A DNA stretch of 64,000 bases from Eledone cirrhosa (lineage: Eukaryota), in contig OZ024741.1 in the NCBI GenBank assembly GCA_964016885.1, positions 106,516,001 to 106,580,000 on the forward strand, written 5' to 3'. The first letter of the stretch is position 1. Every line of letters starts with the position of its first letter. This document shows positions 1 to 16,520 of the stretch, one piece after another. Under the pieces are notes generated by a model that was given only the letters and a program-made list of their open reading frames with translations, did not search any database and was not told the DNA's origin. The position numbers and the translations under genes are program-made.

Positions 1-414
1 TTGATTTTTACCATATATAAATTGAAAGATCTTAAATGTTTCTATATGTAAATTTGGAGGAAATTTAGCTGCTACTTCTTACAAAACGGGCACCCTCATC
101 GGTTCGGTTTACTTGAGTAGCATTGTATCTAACAGCCGTAAGCATTATAAAACTTGTGAGTGTTTTGTAAGGTGGCAGCGATAACTTCCGAGTTCCCTAG
201 CAACCTAGAGTGGCTGGATGGTGAAGATGACGATAGAAGTTACAGTAAATGTAGATTTATTTACTTTTGAATTAATATTACTTTAGTTTCGACGAAGAAA
301 ATAAAAATGGGAAACAATGAAGCAGTAATAACGTATATTTGATGTTTCTTTGGCTGCCTATTTCAGATACATCTGAGTCAGGCCCCGAATTCTCAAACAA
401 AATAGAATCAATAG

Positions 415-479
415 AGGCTGAAGATTGGGGTCTGACTCAGAAATATCTGAAATAGGCAGCCAAAGAAACATTTGTACCT
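415..479 (+). ncRNA. Type I hammerhead ribozyme motif
   Basis: agg-CTGAAGA(418-424)-helix II (ttgg/ccaa, gtct/aggc, tcaga/tctga)-GAAAC(465-469)-attt-GTA(474-476)-cct. Helix I is only 3 bp. An inverted copy of helix II to GAAAC lies at 342-386. Confidence 0.65.
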
Positions 480-1366
480 AAATGACAGCGTAGTTAGTGT
501 AATAAATATCTGTATATTGGGAGAGAATGAAGCAACGAAACACATACATTTGATGTTTGTTAATTCCCTTTCTTCTGTGTAACGAACAAACATTATCAGC
601 TGGATTCATTTCACTCCCATGGGTATAACTACAAATTTCACAACGATCATAACCCTACGAACCAATAAACTATTGGAGGATCACCATTTAATCAGCCATA
701 TTGCTTGCGCTAATTTGATCTGGGGAAATAAACTGTTAAGCCGATTCAGTCAAGCTTTTACATTTTTTTAACATCTCGATCAACGTCTAAATTAGCATAA
801 ATTAACATATTTATTTTTCCCAATGTCGAGGTTATAGTAATTCTTAGAAAAAGGTCAGGAAGAAGAAAAAATAACTGATAGTATTTATAAATTCATTTGT
901 ACTTTCTCTCGTTACTCTTCTATATTTACATTCCACACTCTCCCGTATTACTCACGGAGTAATTGCTGTTACTACTAGTTAACTCCAGATCAGCCATGGC
1001 GAAGCAAACCTATGTACAGGAACATTCTAGTCAACGTTCTCAGGATGTTGTGTGGTTGCTCGGCTGCCAGGCGGTCCGACTGCGCGGTAACAAAATTGGT
1101 GTATTGGTGCCGGGCAAATCAAAATTTAACAGCTCAGTAGCTTTAAAATATTACCACGCTGAAGCTTTGAATTTAAAATGTTTTTGCTCACAACATCAAA
1201 AGTTCCGCTCAGAGATTGTGAAAAATTAGAGGAAACATTAATTTCAGATATGAATCTACCGTCATTTTACAGGTATTGTGTATCTAGGACTACATTATCC
1301 AATGCGCTGTTTGATCTGAATGATTGTTGTTTATGTATATTCGTAGGTATATATATATATATATGG

Positions 1367-1439
<73 letters not shown>

Positions 1440-1475
1440 TTATGGTCCATCTGGTTCCTTACCACAACTCCTTCG

Positions 1476-1900
<425 letters not shown>

Positions 1901-1959
1901 GTATATATATATATGTATATATATATATATGTATATATATATATGTATATATATATGTA

Positions 1960-2054
<95 letters not shown>

Positions 2055-2131
2055 GTATATATATATGTATATATATATGTATATATATATATGTATATAT
2101 ATATGTATATATATATATATATATATATGTG

Positions 2132-2167
<36 letters not shown>

Positions 2168-2211
2168 TATGTGTATATATATATATATGTATATATATAT
2201 ATGTATATGTA

Positions 2212-2372
<161 letters not shown>

Positions 2373-3454
2373 ATATGTGTATATATAAATGTTTTGAGCA
2401 AATGCTGTCAGTGTTATATATTCAGTAATGTTATTTTTGATTTCAAGTTCAATCTATGCTGGCAGCAGTTGGATATCAAAGTTGATGTGGGTTGGTCTTA
2501 TCATTGACCTTTCTTCTACCAGCAGAAGTAATTTAGGAAAATTGCCGACATAAAATCATCTTTTCGGTCCTTTTGATTTTATCCTCACCCCGACAGCTCC
2601 ACATCCCCATCCTCGCAGCCCCACACCTTTACCAAATCAATTTCCTCTCATGTAAGAAAGCTTAACAGATCGTCCACCATAGAGCAATGGAAAATACTCT
2701 CCTTCTTTCTTTCTTTCTCCCCCTCCTTCATCTAGCCGCACCTCCCCCTCTATCTATCCCCTCATAAACTCACCATGAATCATGCTGACGGAACAGATTT
2801 TTTCTTCGTTCCTATCTGTAGATCTATGGTAATGCAAATGAGACGAAATATATGTTGTTGGTAGTTTGTCTTTCAGTTAGCCTGTAGTGGGGGAAATGAT
2901 TCCCCCCCTCCCACCCTCACCATCACCACCATAGCCACCAACACCACCATCACCTCCACCACCACTACCACCAACACCACCATCACCTCCACCACCACTA
3001 CCACCAATACCACCAACAACACTCCACCACCACGACCACCATCACCACCAACAACACTCCACCACCACAACCACCTTAACCATCAATTCCACCATCACGA
3101 CCACCATCACCAGCAAGAAAAACATCAACGACACAAAAATGAAAAAAAAAAAAAGAAATAACGAAAGAATAAACGCCATTACAAAAGAGGTTTAGCGATT
3201 ATCCGTGATTTCTTTATGACCATAATGTGTTATATCGTGACTTTTGTTTCAAAAGAGGCGAATTTGTATAGCTTAACCGCCCGATCGTCGATATGGAGTG
3301 TCTCATTCTGTGAACGGCCACCAAGCTGTTAGTTATTGAGGGAATCAAAACAGCCTAGAAAGGCAGGAAATTCCATATAAGATCCACAGAAAGCATTTGA
3401 GATGGAACCAGCGGTGTACCAATATTATTTCAATATTATTTAGAACATTATTTA

Positions 3455-3875
3455 GGGTAGTGGATTGGCAGTATCGGTAGAGGGTCGGCGGCCACGCTTT
3501 GGAGTATAGAATTACGGCCCTTTACGTCCTGAGTTCAAATCCCGCCGAGGTTAACTTTGCCTTGCATCCTAACGGGGTAGATAAAATAAAACACCAGTAA
3601 CGTACTGGAGTCGAATTAATCGACTTTCCCCTCCCCTAAAATTGTTGGCCTTGTGCCTAAATCAGAAACCATTATTTAGGGTAGTGGATTAGCAATATCG
3701 GTAGAGGGTCGGACGCCACGCTTTGCAGTATAGAGTTACGAACCTTTACGTTCTGAGTTCAAATCCCAGCGAGGTTAACTTTGCCTTTCATCCTTACGGG
3801 GTCGATAAAATAAAGTACCAATAATGCACTGGGGTAATTGCTGGCCTTGCGCCAAAAGTAGAAACAATTATTTAG
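3455..3875 (+). mobile_element. Tandem pair of tRNA-derived SINEs (family A)
   Basis: Head tggcagtatcggtagag with B-box gagttcaaatcc, body gcctttcatccttacggggtcgataaaataaagtacca, tail ggccttgtgcctaaa..agaaac. More than 10 copies occur in the window. Confidence 0.85.
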
Positions 3876-4230
3876 AAAAGAGGAAAATATGTCCCTTTAC
3901 ATTTTGGACGAATTCACGCACCTCACTCTTACTATCATATGCGTATTCATTTTGATGAAAAAAAAAAAGAGTTGCTTATCTGCTGTATTGCTGTTTAGCA
4001 TTAGAACCGACGGAAATCAGCTCCCTCCTATTTGACTTTTGGCCTGCTGTGTCCCTATCCTAGGATGTAATGGCTCTTTTAAGTATTTGGGGTTGAGACC
4101 CCTGCTTTAGAACATGATTATAAGATATATAACCCCTTTGAAGATCCTCAAAAAGATGTTCTTATCATTTCATTTCTTTTTTTTTTATTTTCTAAATATT
4201 TCTACGTTGTGTTAGATCTGGCAACACAGA

Positions 4231-4326
<96 letters not shown>

Positions 4327-4617
4327 ATATATATATATAGAGAGAGAGAGAGAAGGGAGACAGATAGAAAGATAGTTAGATAAATAAATAGATATATAGA
4401 TTGAGATAGATAGATAGATAGATAAATAGATAGAGCGAGAGATGGGGGACTGGTTTACTACTTAGAATATTGAACACAAAGACTGAGGCCAGTTCGTCAT
4501 GTTGATCGTATCGATAAGGATAGGATGGTAGAAATATATCAATAAATGGGTTGGTTGACAAAATGGCCCAAAGGTTGAAGGACAAAGGAAGTAATTATTT
4601 CAGTGAGGGGACAGATG

Positions 4618-4722
<105 letters not shown>

Positions 4723-4802
4723 GTAAATAACGAAGTAATATTCAGATGATAGACGTATAAATGGGTACATGCGTAATGAATATATATATATATATATAGG
4801 GA

Positions 4803-4838
<36 letters not shown>

Positions 4839-5027
4839 TGTATGTATGTATGTATGTATGTATGTATGTATGTATGTATGTATGTATGTATACATGCTTA
4901 CGTACATACATGCATAGACACATGCGTGCATACATACATACGTACATATATATCATATATTCATTATGCATGTATCTAACATCTAGATATTACATACGTT
5001 TTCAGTAACGTGTTGTGTGTATATGTG

Positions 5028-5108
<81 letters not shown>

Positions 5109-5273
5109 ATTTATGTGTATGTGTGTATGTGTGTGTGTTTGTATGTGTGTGTGTGTGTGTCCACATATATATATTTAGCAATGTATTTAATGTTCTATAC
5201 CTTAAACATCGTAATACGGTGTTGGCTTGAGTTTGGTTACCCATCAACGTAAATGCTAGGCTACAAAACACAC

Positions 5274-5418
<145 letters not shown>

Positions 5419-5780
5419 CACATGCACTTTCTCTCTTTCTGTTTATCTCTCTAACACACACACACACATACACACATTCTCTCTTTATGTCTATCTCTCA
5501 TGCACACACATCCACTGACACTCATGTAGTGTATGTATGTATGCGTGTGTGTTTATAAACCCCTGCCCCCCCCCGCTTAATTTGTTGGTATTATAAATAC
5601 TCCCAAAAACCTAGCGCCCGGTGAGAGGCCAATATTTTTCAGATGTAATTGGATCCACATAGTAAGAAGTGCACTAATTATATGCAAATTATATGCTTAT
5701 TATATGAAAATTAGTTCGTCCATTTCAGAATAATACTAAGAGCAAATGGGTATATATACCTATCAAATACATGTTTCCTT

Positions 5781-7513
5781 TTGGTTGATTGGATAACATA
5801 CACGTCTTCTGATAAGAGTTCAATAGGCATCCAAAATAGGACTGAACCCTTTATACCTAGAAAACCGAAAATTAACCTGAAGGACCACAAAAGAAATTTT
5901 GAAATTGAACTACCAGTCAGACTCATCACACCATCTAAATCGGACTTAGGCATAATTAGCAAACATATATTGGATAGAATTATACCACTACTTAAAGTTA
6001 AATCACACCTTAAACTATGGAACGGTACTAATGAAGTTATAGATTGGTTCAATAATATAGAATTAAAACATAACAAAAAATTAATTCAAATGGATATTGC
6101 AAATTATTTCTCCTCTATTACTCCTAGTTTACTTAATAAGGAACTTATATACACGTCTAAACATACAGACTTATCTAGTGATGAAATGAATATAATTCTA
6201 ACAGCACGTAAAACACTAATAGAATTTAATAATCATCTCTGGACAAGAGCCGACAGAAAAAACAATTTTGATATCACTATGGGATCATCTGACTCAGCGC
6301 AACTTACAGACCTCGTTGGATTATTTATTAATAATGTACTGCATAGGAAAATGCCAGAGAAGACCGGAGGTTTATATCGTGACGATATGTTGCTTTTAAC
6401 TGAAAACCATAGCAATAGTGATATTAAAAGGAAAAGAAAATCCATAATACAATTTTTCAACAACTACAATCTTAAGTTAGAGAATAGCTACAAAATCTTT
6501 AACTTCTTAGATGTAACTTTAAACCTTAGCACAGGTCTTTACTATCCTTTCCATAAAATTAACGAAAATTTAAATTATGTAAGTTTCAATTCTAATAATC
6601 CTAGAAGTATTAAAACACTATTGTCAATAGCGTCCAACAACGGATTTCACGCATCTCCGCTAATAAAAATATTTTTGATGATAAGGCTGAATATTATAAT
6701 GAAGCTTTACATAGAGCAGTATACTCAAATAGAATTAAATACATAGATAACAATAACATGATATATCATCCTAGTATTAACTTAGACACTAAACCAAACA
6801 AAAAAACTAGAACTAGGCATATTATTTGGTACTCTCCCCCATTCTCATTAAGCGTTAAAACACCTTTAGCAAAGCTATTCTTTAAAGCACCAAATAAATG
6901 TTTTCCTAAAACCCACAGATACCACTCTATTTTTAACAGACACTATAAAACTATCCTACTCTACTACTATGAACATAGCACAAAATATAAATAGAATTAA
7001 TAATAGAAACTTAAATTTAAACCCTAACCAAACTAACCAAATTAGCAATAATAATATTTTTAACAAGAATACTCAGAATAATGGTACCGTTTAGAATCAA
7101 ATCAAACTGCCCTTTACAAAATAATTGTTTAGACAAAAACATAGTTTATAAATGCACAGTTAAAACTAGCGAAAACATATTTAACTATGTTGGTGCCACT
7201 TCAACAAAATTTAAAGGACGCTGGAATAACCATAATCATACTCATAGGAGATCTGATAAAAAAATCTTCTACTTCACTTTCACATCTGATCTGGGATTTA
7301 AAAGACAACAATATAGAATATTCAATATCTTGGAGAAAGATTTCGAAAGCACCTGCATACCGAAATACGGCTTTATCAAGATTCTGTAAATTGTGTATCG
7401 AAGAAATTTATTATATAATTAACTGTCAAAACTCTATTAATCTCAGAACAGAATTATTTTCTTCTTGCAAATATCGCCAAAATTCCACATTCAGAACTAT
7501 TTTTAATTCATAA
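5781..7513 (+). pseudogene. Decayed Penelope-like retroelement ORF (RT + GIY-YIG endonuclease), probably Naiad-type
   Basis: RT motifs DIANYFSSI, FDITMGSSDSAQLTDLVGL, GLYRDD, NFLDVTLNL; linker IIWYSPPFS; CPL..NC..NIVYKC..YVGAT..FKGRWNNH; C-terminal CKLCIEE..INLRTEL..CK. Split by frameshifts over ORFs 5781-6746, 6758-6994, 7081-7389 and 7187-7513. Confidence 0.9.
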
Positions 7514-7570
7514 TATCCCTATAAACCTTCAAAATGATCCTATTTAAAAAAAAAATTTAATTGTAAATCT

Positions 7571-7715
7571 TTAATATTTTTAATATTTTTAATATTTTTA
7601 ATATTTTTAATATTTTTAATATTTTTAATATTTTTAAATATTTTTAAATATTTTTAATATTTGTAATATTTCAAAAAATTTTTAATACTTCTAATATATA
7701 TATTTAATATTTTAA
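7571..7715. repeat. (TAATATTTT)n 9-bp tandem repeat 3' of the PLE ORF
   Basis: Seen directly. Confidence 0.8.
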
Positions 7716-8192
7716 TTTCCTACATTATTTTAATTATGACATTATTTTTGTAAGGACAACCCTATAAATATATTTTTAGATGTAGTTGATAATCTTTAAA
7801 TGACATTCTGAAAATTTATCCTCTTTACGATAGTTCTTCGAAAATCACATTACATTTTTCCTCTCTCTTTTTGTTATTCAAACATTCACACATCTTTCGA
7901 CTAAAATAATGGATCTCACACAAAATAATATATAATTTTTCTCTAATTTAAATGGTTAACAAACAAAATTGGAGTTATCTTTCCTTTCTCAATCGTGTAA
8001 ACATTCTTCTCAATCGTGCAAATTAAGCATTTTACGTTTGATAATCTGTATAGCTTCGCTAAATTAACAATATTCTGAAAACATTCTCAATGGTGAACAA
8101 CATTTTTGAATCCACAAATTGTTCTACTCTCACAACTTGAACCACCTATTTTTTAAGTAAAATACAAATTCAACGTCCTTCGTAACGTCCTT

Positions 8193-8540
8193 CGTAACGA
8201 TCCCGTGTTCTTGGCCCTAGTACCAACTCCCTACTCACCACCATCGGCACAGAGTTAGCTACTCGCAGGTATGAGCCACACGAGCTGGAATGGCTCTTCC
8301 AACGCGTCTCCCTCACCATCCCACGGGGAAACGCCTTCTCTATTCTGTCCGCCGGTGCCACGGGGCGGCCAGCGCGTGGACCCCCGTTTACTTATAATAG
8401 TGAGAGATGGGGAGAGCAAGAGAAACGGAGGTAGTGAGTTAAAGAGAGAACATCAACACTTATTTACTTATATGTATTTAGCTGCATGTTGATACTTAAC
8501 AGACCAACCATCACAAACTATATGTCTATCATGTCTTACA
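8193..8540. mobile_element. Possible solo LTR-like insertion
   Basis: GC-rich island from (c)gtaac to ttaca, with TATA- and polyA-like motifs on the minus strand. No TSD seen. Confidence 0.3.
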
Positions 8541-8723
8541 ATAAACAAAATGCCTATCACCAAACGACGAGACGAGACGGCGAAAAAACGAAAATATATA
8601 CACGCATATTTTAGGACAGAGACACGAAAATTAATTAAAATTATAACGGCTTGATTAATAAATCGAAGTAGGCTTATACATCCATCCATCCACCGCTCCC
8701 TCCCTCCATCCATCCATACATAT

Positions 8724-8772
<49 letters not shown>

Positions 8773-9189
8773 TGTATATGCATACACACACACACATATA
8801 TACGCACACACACACACATATATACGCACACACACACACACACACGCTTTTTGTTAGATGAAATGTGTGTGTGAGTGAATGTTGGTCAAGATTAACGAAG
8901 AGTAGAGTGTAGCTTGTAATTAGAACCAATAGATTATGATTAGCATCATTAAATAATAATTAGCACCAGTTAATTCTTCATATTTGTCAAATCATATTAA
9001 TGAACAACCAAAAGAGCTTTCACGCTAAAAATAGCAGCCAAACGTGCTTAAATTACCCCCCCCCCCTGCCACCTTAAAATAACATCAATCGGTGTAGACA
9101 CTATGACTGAAAATATGATGAGATGCACATAGAGAAAAGACTTTCGTCATAGGTCTATTGAAACAGGGTAGACTTGGTGCTAATTATCA

Positions 9190-10050
9190 ACCACGACGAC
9201 GACCATCACCACTACCACTACCACCACCACCACCACCACCACCAATACTATTACCACCATCAGCAATAATACTACTACCAGAACCACCACCACCACCACC
9301 TACACCACCATCACCATCACCACTACCACTACCACCACCACCACCACCACTACTATTACCATCATCAGCACTAATACTACTACCAGAACCACCACCTACC
9401 TCCACCACCATCACCACTAATACTACTACCAGAACCACCACCTACCTCCACCACCATCACCATCACCACTACCACTACCACCACCACCACCACCACCAAT
9501 ACTATTACCACCATCAGCAATAATACTACTACCAGAACCACCACCACCACCACCTCCACCACCATCACCATCACGACTACCACTACCACCACCACCACCA
9601 CCACTACTATTACCACCATTAGCACTTATACTACTACCAGAACCACCACCACCTCCACCACCATCACCATCACCACTACCACTACCACTACCACTACCAC
9701 CACCACCACCACCACTACTATTACCACCATCAGCACTAATACCACTACCAGAACCACCTCCACCACCACCTCCACCACCACCACCACCACCACCACCTCC
9801 AACACTACTATTACCACCATCAGCACTAATACCCCTACGAGAACACCACCACCACCAGCACTAACACCACCACCACCACTACTATTACCACCATCACCAC
9901 TAATACCACTACCAGAACCACCACCACCACCACCACTACTATTACCACTATCACCACTAATACCACCACCACCACCACCACCATCACCACCACAACCATC
10001 ACCACTAATACCACCACCACCACCACCACCATACCATAACCACCACAATC
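9190..10050. repeat. Compound (CAC/TAC)n repeat with higher-order subunits
   Basis: Recurrent block ctactattaccaccatcagca..taatactactaccagaacc within (CAC)n. Confidence 0.85.
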
Positions 10051-10608
10051 ACAGCCACCACTTATATTCTTTGTTTTTTTTGTTGGCTGAAGTCCACCAT
10101 TGTCGGTTATTTGTTAATTGTATGTTTAGTAAAAATACACGCCTGCATTTGATATTGTGTGGCTATCATCCATTGTCCACCCACTGAATTATCTCCCCAT
10201 TGATACGTTGTTATATCTATGTATACGTATATATATATATATATATATATATTGTGTGTGTGTGTGTGTGTGTATGTGCGTGTGTATGTGTATGTGTGTG
10301 ACGTCAATTTAAGATTATATCACCGGAACGACTTCTCTCTCTTTCTGTATCCCTCTTCCTCTTCTTCTTTCCCACAGCCCAGCAAACCGCCATTTATTTG
10401 CCAAAAAAAAAAAAATCGCGTAGATTTATTTTATTTTATTTTATTTATTCATATATTTATTTATTTATTTATTTATTTATCTATTTATTTATTTATTTTA
10501 CATATAAATATTTATTTATTCAAATTATATTCCAGCTCACACTTTCCGCCTCTTCCTCTGACCTCTCCCTGCATCCCCCTCCTCTCCTTTGTCTTGTTTT
10601 GTTTGAGC

Positions 10609-10652
<44 letters not shown>

Positions 10653-10874
10653 TTTTCTTTCTTTCTTTCTTTCTTTCTTTATTTCTTTCTTTCTTTCTTC
10701 CTTTCTGTCTCTCACCAACATCAACAACCATTACTACTACAAAGTAACCTTTTACTTTCAAATTCGTCATTTGTTAAGATTGATTGATTGTTCATTAATC
10801 TAATGATGGATCATCCATCGTTTTGCTACGATGAGCATTTAGATGTGTGTGTGTGTGAGCGTGAGTATAAAGTT

Positions 10875-11130
10875 GTTGCCAAGTGGTTAGGGTGTTGGGC
10901 TTACAATGGTAAGGTGGTGAGAAGAATTCCCAGACTGCATCGAGCAAGATAATTCATTTCATATATATCGGTTCCACTCAGCTGGAACATTGAGTACCAG
11001 TATTAACCGGGGGGGGGGGGGGGGTTACTCTGTGACGAACTTGCGTCCCGTTGTACTCACAGTCGCTTAATATCAAGGGACTAGGGACATCTACAGCCTG
11101 ATGAGCCTGTAGGCTAGGGAAGGACTTTTA
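10875..11130 (+). mobile_element. Degenerate tRNA-derived SINE (CORE/V-SINE-like body)
   Basis: A-box-like gccaagtggttagggtg, then ccactcagctg..gagtacc, poly-G, cgtccc..agtcgct and tail cctgatgagcc. Confidence 0.5.
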
Positions 11131-11197
11131 AACTTTTTCTTAACACACACGCACACTTAAATATATATATATAATATATATATATACATACATATAT

Positions 11198-11229
<32 letters not shown>

Positions 11230-11756
11230 GTAATACACACACATATCACACACACATACATATATATGTATATATGCATATACATATATATATATATATA
11301 CTTATATATGGATACACATCCGTAGTCAATACGTACTGTCTCACGCACGTACTTGTATATAAAAAAAGGTATACACACACACATACACACACACACACAG
11401 ATACAGACACTAAACACTAAGTATCACATACATAAATTTGTCATCACAGCCACCTCAAATGACCATTGCACATTTCTTAGCGTCATTTTTTATGCCAATT
11501 AAAAAATGTTAATGGCTGTCAAGTGATTCGTTATGAGAGGGAGAAATATTAAGACAGGTGCAGAGCTATACAATAGTGACGCCATTAACCATCTGCTAAG
11601 ACGTCATCAATGCCTCCTAACTCTTCCTAACGTTCAATGCTAATGGTAAGTGAATTGGTGAACACCGACAGCAAAGCAGAGATCGATGTTTCAGATATAA
11701 ACACTAAACGTTCAACCTTAATCCCTCTCTTCTTTTCAGTACTGTAGTCTTGTGTG

Positions 11757-11894
<138 letters not shown>

Positions 11895-11988
11895 CATATA
11901 TATATATTTATACATATATATGTATATATATCTATCTATATATCTATGTATATCTATATATCTATGTATATATATATATATGTATATA

Positions 11989-12077
<89 letters not shown>

Positions 12078-12134
12078 ACATACATATATATATATATGAT
12101 ATATGCAAATATTATACACACACACACACACACA

Positions 12135-12220
<86 letters not shown>

Positions 12221-12224
12221 CATA

Positions 12225-12813
12225 CAGCTCTGAGTTTTTCATCCTCAGTGTATACTGATTAATGTTCAGAGCCATCCTCAGCATTCTCGTGTAGCACCCA
12301 TCCACCATCTGAGTGAGTTTCTTGGTCAGTGTCCAAGTCTCAGACCCGTACAGCAGCACAGACTCCACTACAGCAATGAAGAGGTGGATTTTCAGGTCTT
12401 TACGAAGGTCCGCCTTCCACACCGATCTCAAGCTGTGTCACGCCGTCCAGGCTTTGCTCTTCCTCTCAACCACATCATCTTCCGTATTCCCAATCTTTGC
12501 TCCCAAATACAGGAAGTCCTCAACCAATTCTAGTGGCTTCCCGCCTACATTAGGGATCCCCTCTGGCTTCTCAACATTCTCTACCAGATATTTTGTTTTA
12601 GTCTCATTCATTCTCAGCCCCACACTCATCGACACAGTCTCAACCTCCTGCATAAAATCCTCTGCCTCCTTCACTGTATTTGTCACCAAAACTATGTCGT
12701 CGGCAAATTCAGCATCTGATACCTTTTTCGCCTTAACTCTCCTGCTCTGAGCCGGTGCTACAGTAAAGCCAGAGTCCTGGTGTTTCTCCAGTGCAAGGCG
12801 CATACAATAGTCG
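12225..12813 (-). pseudogene. RTE-clade LINE RT C-terminal fragment (inverted segment)
   Basis: [52 protein letters not shown]; one internal stop. Confidence 0.9.
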
Positions 12814-12814
12814 C

Positions 12815-13025
12815 TCACCGACATCCAGAGTTGACATTGCACTCAGTGCTCCTGTGGGAGCCCCTACATGGACACACTGGAAGAGGAAGACCAAGGTTAA
12901 CGTATGTTGATGTCCTAAGGACAGACACTGGTCTGTTGGAGACGCGGGACATGGCAGCGATAATGAGGGACAGAGACCGCTGGAGAGAACTCGTTCATGG
13001 ATCTCGGGAATTTTACCCGCCCTAG
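12815..13025 (+). pseudogene. 3' end of the same RTE-clade LINE (forward segment)
   Basis: HRHPE..VLLWEPLHGHTGRGRPRLTYVDVLRTDTGL..MRDRDRWR, ending at a stop. Confidence 0.85.
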
Positions 13026-13334
13026 AATATATACATACATATATATATATAATATATGAATATATTATATATGATACAGATGTATATATAATATATATAC
13101 ATATGCATATAATGAATGCATATATTATATATTTATATTATATATATAATATGAATATATAACATATGCATTTATTATATACATATGTATATATATGCAT
13201 TTATATATGTTTTCATATACATATATATACATATATATGCATATAAATATACGCAAATGCACATATATATGCATGTATATGTATATACGCACATGCACGC
13301 ATATAACTATATAAATTATATAAATTAGGATATG

Positions 13335-14080
13335 GAACTTTAAGTGTTGAATTCACTTTATGTATCGAAGCACATTGTAGCAATTTAAATATTGAAGCAA
13401 CTTATCAGGATATAGCAACTTTTAATAGTCAAGCAACATTATGTAACGAAGCAAGTTATCACCATTAATTATCGAATCTTCTTAACAAGATATAGCCACT
13501 TTAAATATTGATGCAACTTTAAATATAGAAGCAACTTGAACTATCGAAATATCTTTAAGTATAGAAGCAACCTCAGCTTTTGAGACAATTAACGATATAG
13601 GGACATTAATTGTCAACGAAAATTTAAATATACAAGCAGCCCTAAGTATAGAAGCAACTTTAACTATAGAAACAACTTAAAGTAATGAAGTAACTAATAA
13701 ACATATAGGAGTTTTAAATATCGAAGAATCTAATCAGAATATAGCAACTTCAAATATAGAAGCAACTTTAGATATAGAAACAACTTTAAATATAGAAGCA
13801 ACTTTCAATATAAAATCAACTTTCACTATAGAAACAACTTTAGATATAGAAGCAACTTTCAATATAGAAACAACTTTAAATAAAGAAGCAACTTTAAATA
13901 TAGAAACAACTTTAAATATATAGCAACTTTAAATATTGAAACACTTTTATATATAGAAATAACTTTAAATATAGAAGCAACTTTAAATATAGAAGCAACT
14001 TTAAACATAGAAGCAACTTTCAAAAGCAACTTTATATATAGAAGCATCTTTATATATCAATTTTAAATATCGAAGTAGCA
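13335..14080. repeat. 18-bp minisatellite (aaatatagaagcaacttt)n
   Basis: Period 18; degenerate on the left and homogeneous on the right. Confidence 0.9.
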
Positions 14081-14876
14081 GTTAGTAAATGCTCGGTGTT
14101 GCAATGACTGGACGAGATGATCATATAGCAGTTAGTAAATTTACACAACAGTGCAAATATTATTTTTGCTGTTTTTGATGACAATGTCGGGTCTTTTAAT
14201 GTTTGTATTTTTGTTGTTGTTGTTGTTGTTGGTGGTGGTGATGGTGTTGGGGTTGGGGTTGGTGATAGGAATGTTTTGACTGTAACAGGAAAAGAAAATA
14301 ATAGATAAAGAGACGAGAAAATACGAGACCAGAAATAGTTAAAACCACAAACGGAATGGGAAAACAAAGGGTTATATTAGAAGTAGAGGTCGTGAGGGCA
14401 GATAGGGTAGATGCTATCGTTGTTGATGTTGTTGTTGTTCGAAGTGGCATCTGTTATGGTGAGGATGGTGCGTTGCTGTTGTTCTTTTGTTTTGTATTAT
14501 AGTTGCTGTTATTATAGTTGCTGTTATCAATAGTGGCAGTGGTGGCGGTAGTGGTAGATGTGGGTGGGCGTGGTAAGAAATGTGATTTTAAAAGATATGA
14601 AGAAGATAGATTGGAGAACGGAAAACCGAGCAGGAAGAGGGGAAGATGATACTAGAAAGAATGGTTGTAAGACGATAGATGAAATAACGGTGGCATTGGT
14701 TGGGTATGTATGTATGTATGTATGTATGTATGTATGTATGTATGTATGTATGTATGTATGTATGTATGTATGTGTGAGTGTATGTATATGCATGTGTGTG
14801 TATATGTATATATAAATATATATGTGTAATTGCATATATATATAAACATATATGTGTAAATGCGTCTGGTTGCATG

Positions 14877-14950
<74 letters not shown>

Positions 14951-15054
14951 CATATACATACACTCACACATACATACATACATACCCAACCAACGTGTGT
15001 TTATATGTATATATATATACATATAAACACACGCATAGTCAAACACACAACACG

Positions 15055-15102
<48 letters not shown>

Positions 15103-15269
15103 TATGTGTTTGAGTGTCACTATGTGTGTATGTGTGTGTGTATCACTACAAATATGAAAACGAAAGTGAAAGTAAGAAAATAATCGTGGATAAAAATATC
15201 CCTTACCAACAAACAAACTATATTATATTTTCTGAGACAGGAATATTTGATGAAGAAAGTAGAAAATAC

Positions 15270-15975
<706 letters not shown>

Positions 15976-16324
15976 AAAGAGAGAGAGATGATGTTTAGAT
16001 AAATAAGAAACTTGAAACGAGAAATCAGAAACATATTGATCAACAAACATAATAAATAAACTATCGAGAGAGTGGTTGGTGATGAAGTGGGAACGGTGGG
16101 AGTTGTGGTTGACACGTAGGGAGGGGGTAGAGAAAGTGAGTTAGAGATATCTAGATATTTAGCTATTTAGATAGATGGATATATAGACATGCACACAGAT
16201 AGATAAATAGATAGGTAGATGGGTAGATAGACAGGTAGGAAAATAGATAGATATATTGATTGATAGATAGGTAGATAGGTTGATTGGAAGATGTATAGGT
16301 AGATGGCTAGATGGCTAGATAAAT

Positions 16325-16373
<49 letters not shown>

Positions 16374-16412
16374 TGTATGTATGTATGTATATATTTATAT
16401 GTGTATTATATA

Positions 16413-16490
16413 CAGAGTGTCCCCAAAATATGTATACACATATTTATTAGAATGCTGTTGAAATGTGTATGCATTTTTTGGGATAGCCTG
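16413..16490. mobile_element. 78-bp Tc1/mariner-type MITE
   Basis: TA-cagagtgtccccaaaatatgtatacacat ... atgtgtatgcattttttgggatagcctg-TA: imperfect TIRs with TA flanks. Confidence 0.6.
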
Positions 16491-16520
16491 TATATATGTA
16501 TCTCTCTCTCTATATATATA

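Noticed and set aside
6746-8170. Selenocysteine codons or SECIS in the PLE
   Set aside because: The breaks look like frameshifts. I saw no in-frame TGA at Cys positions and no recognisable SECIS.
11098-11125. CTGATGA-gcct..aggc as a hammerhead
   Set aside because: No GAAA or helix III follows; it is part of a SINE tail.
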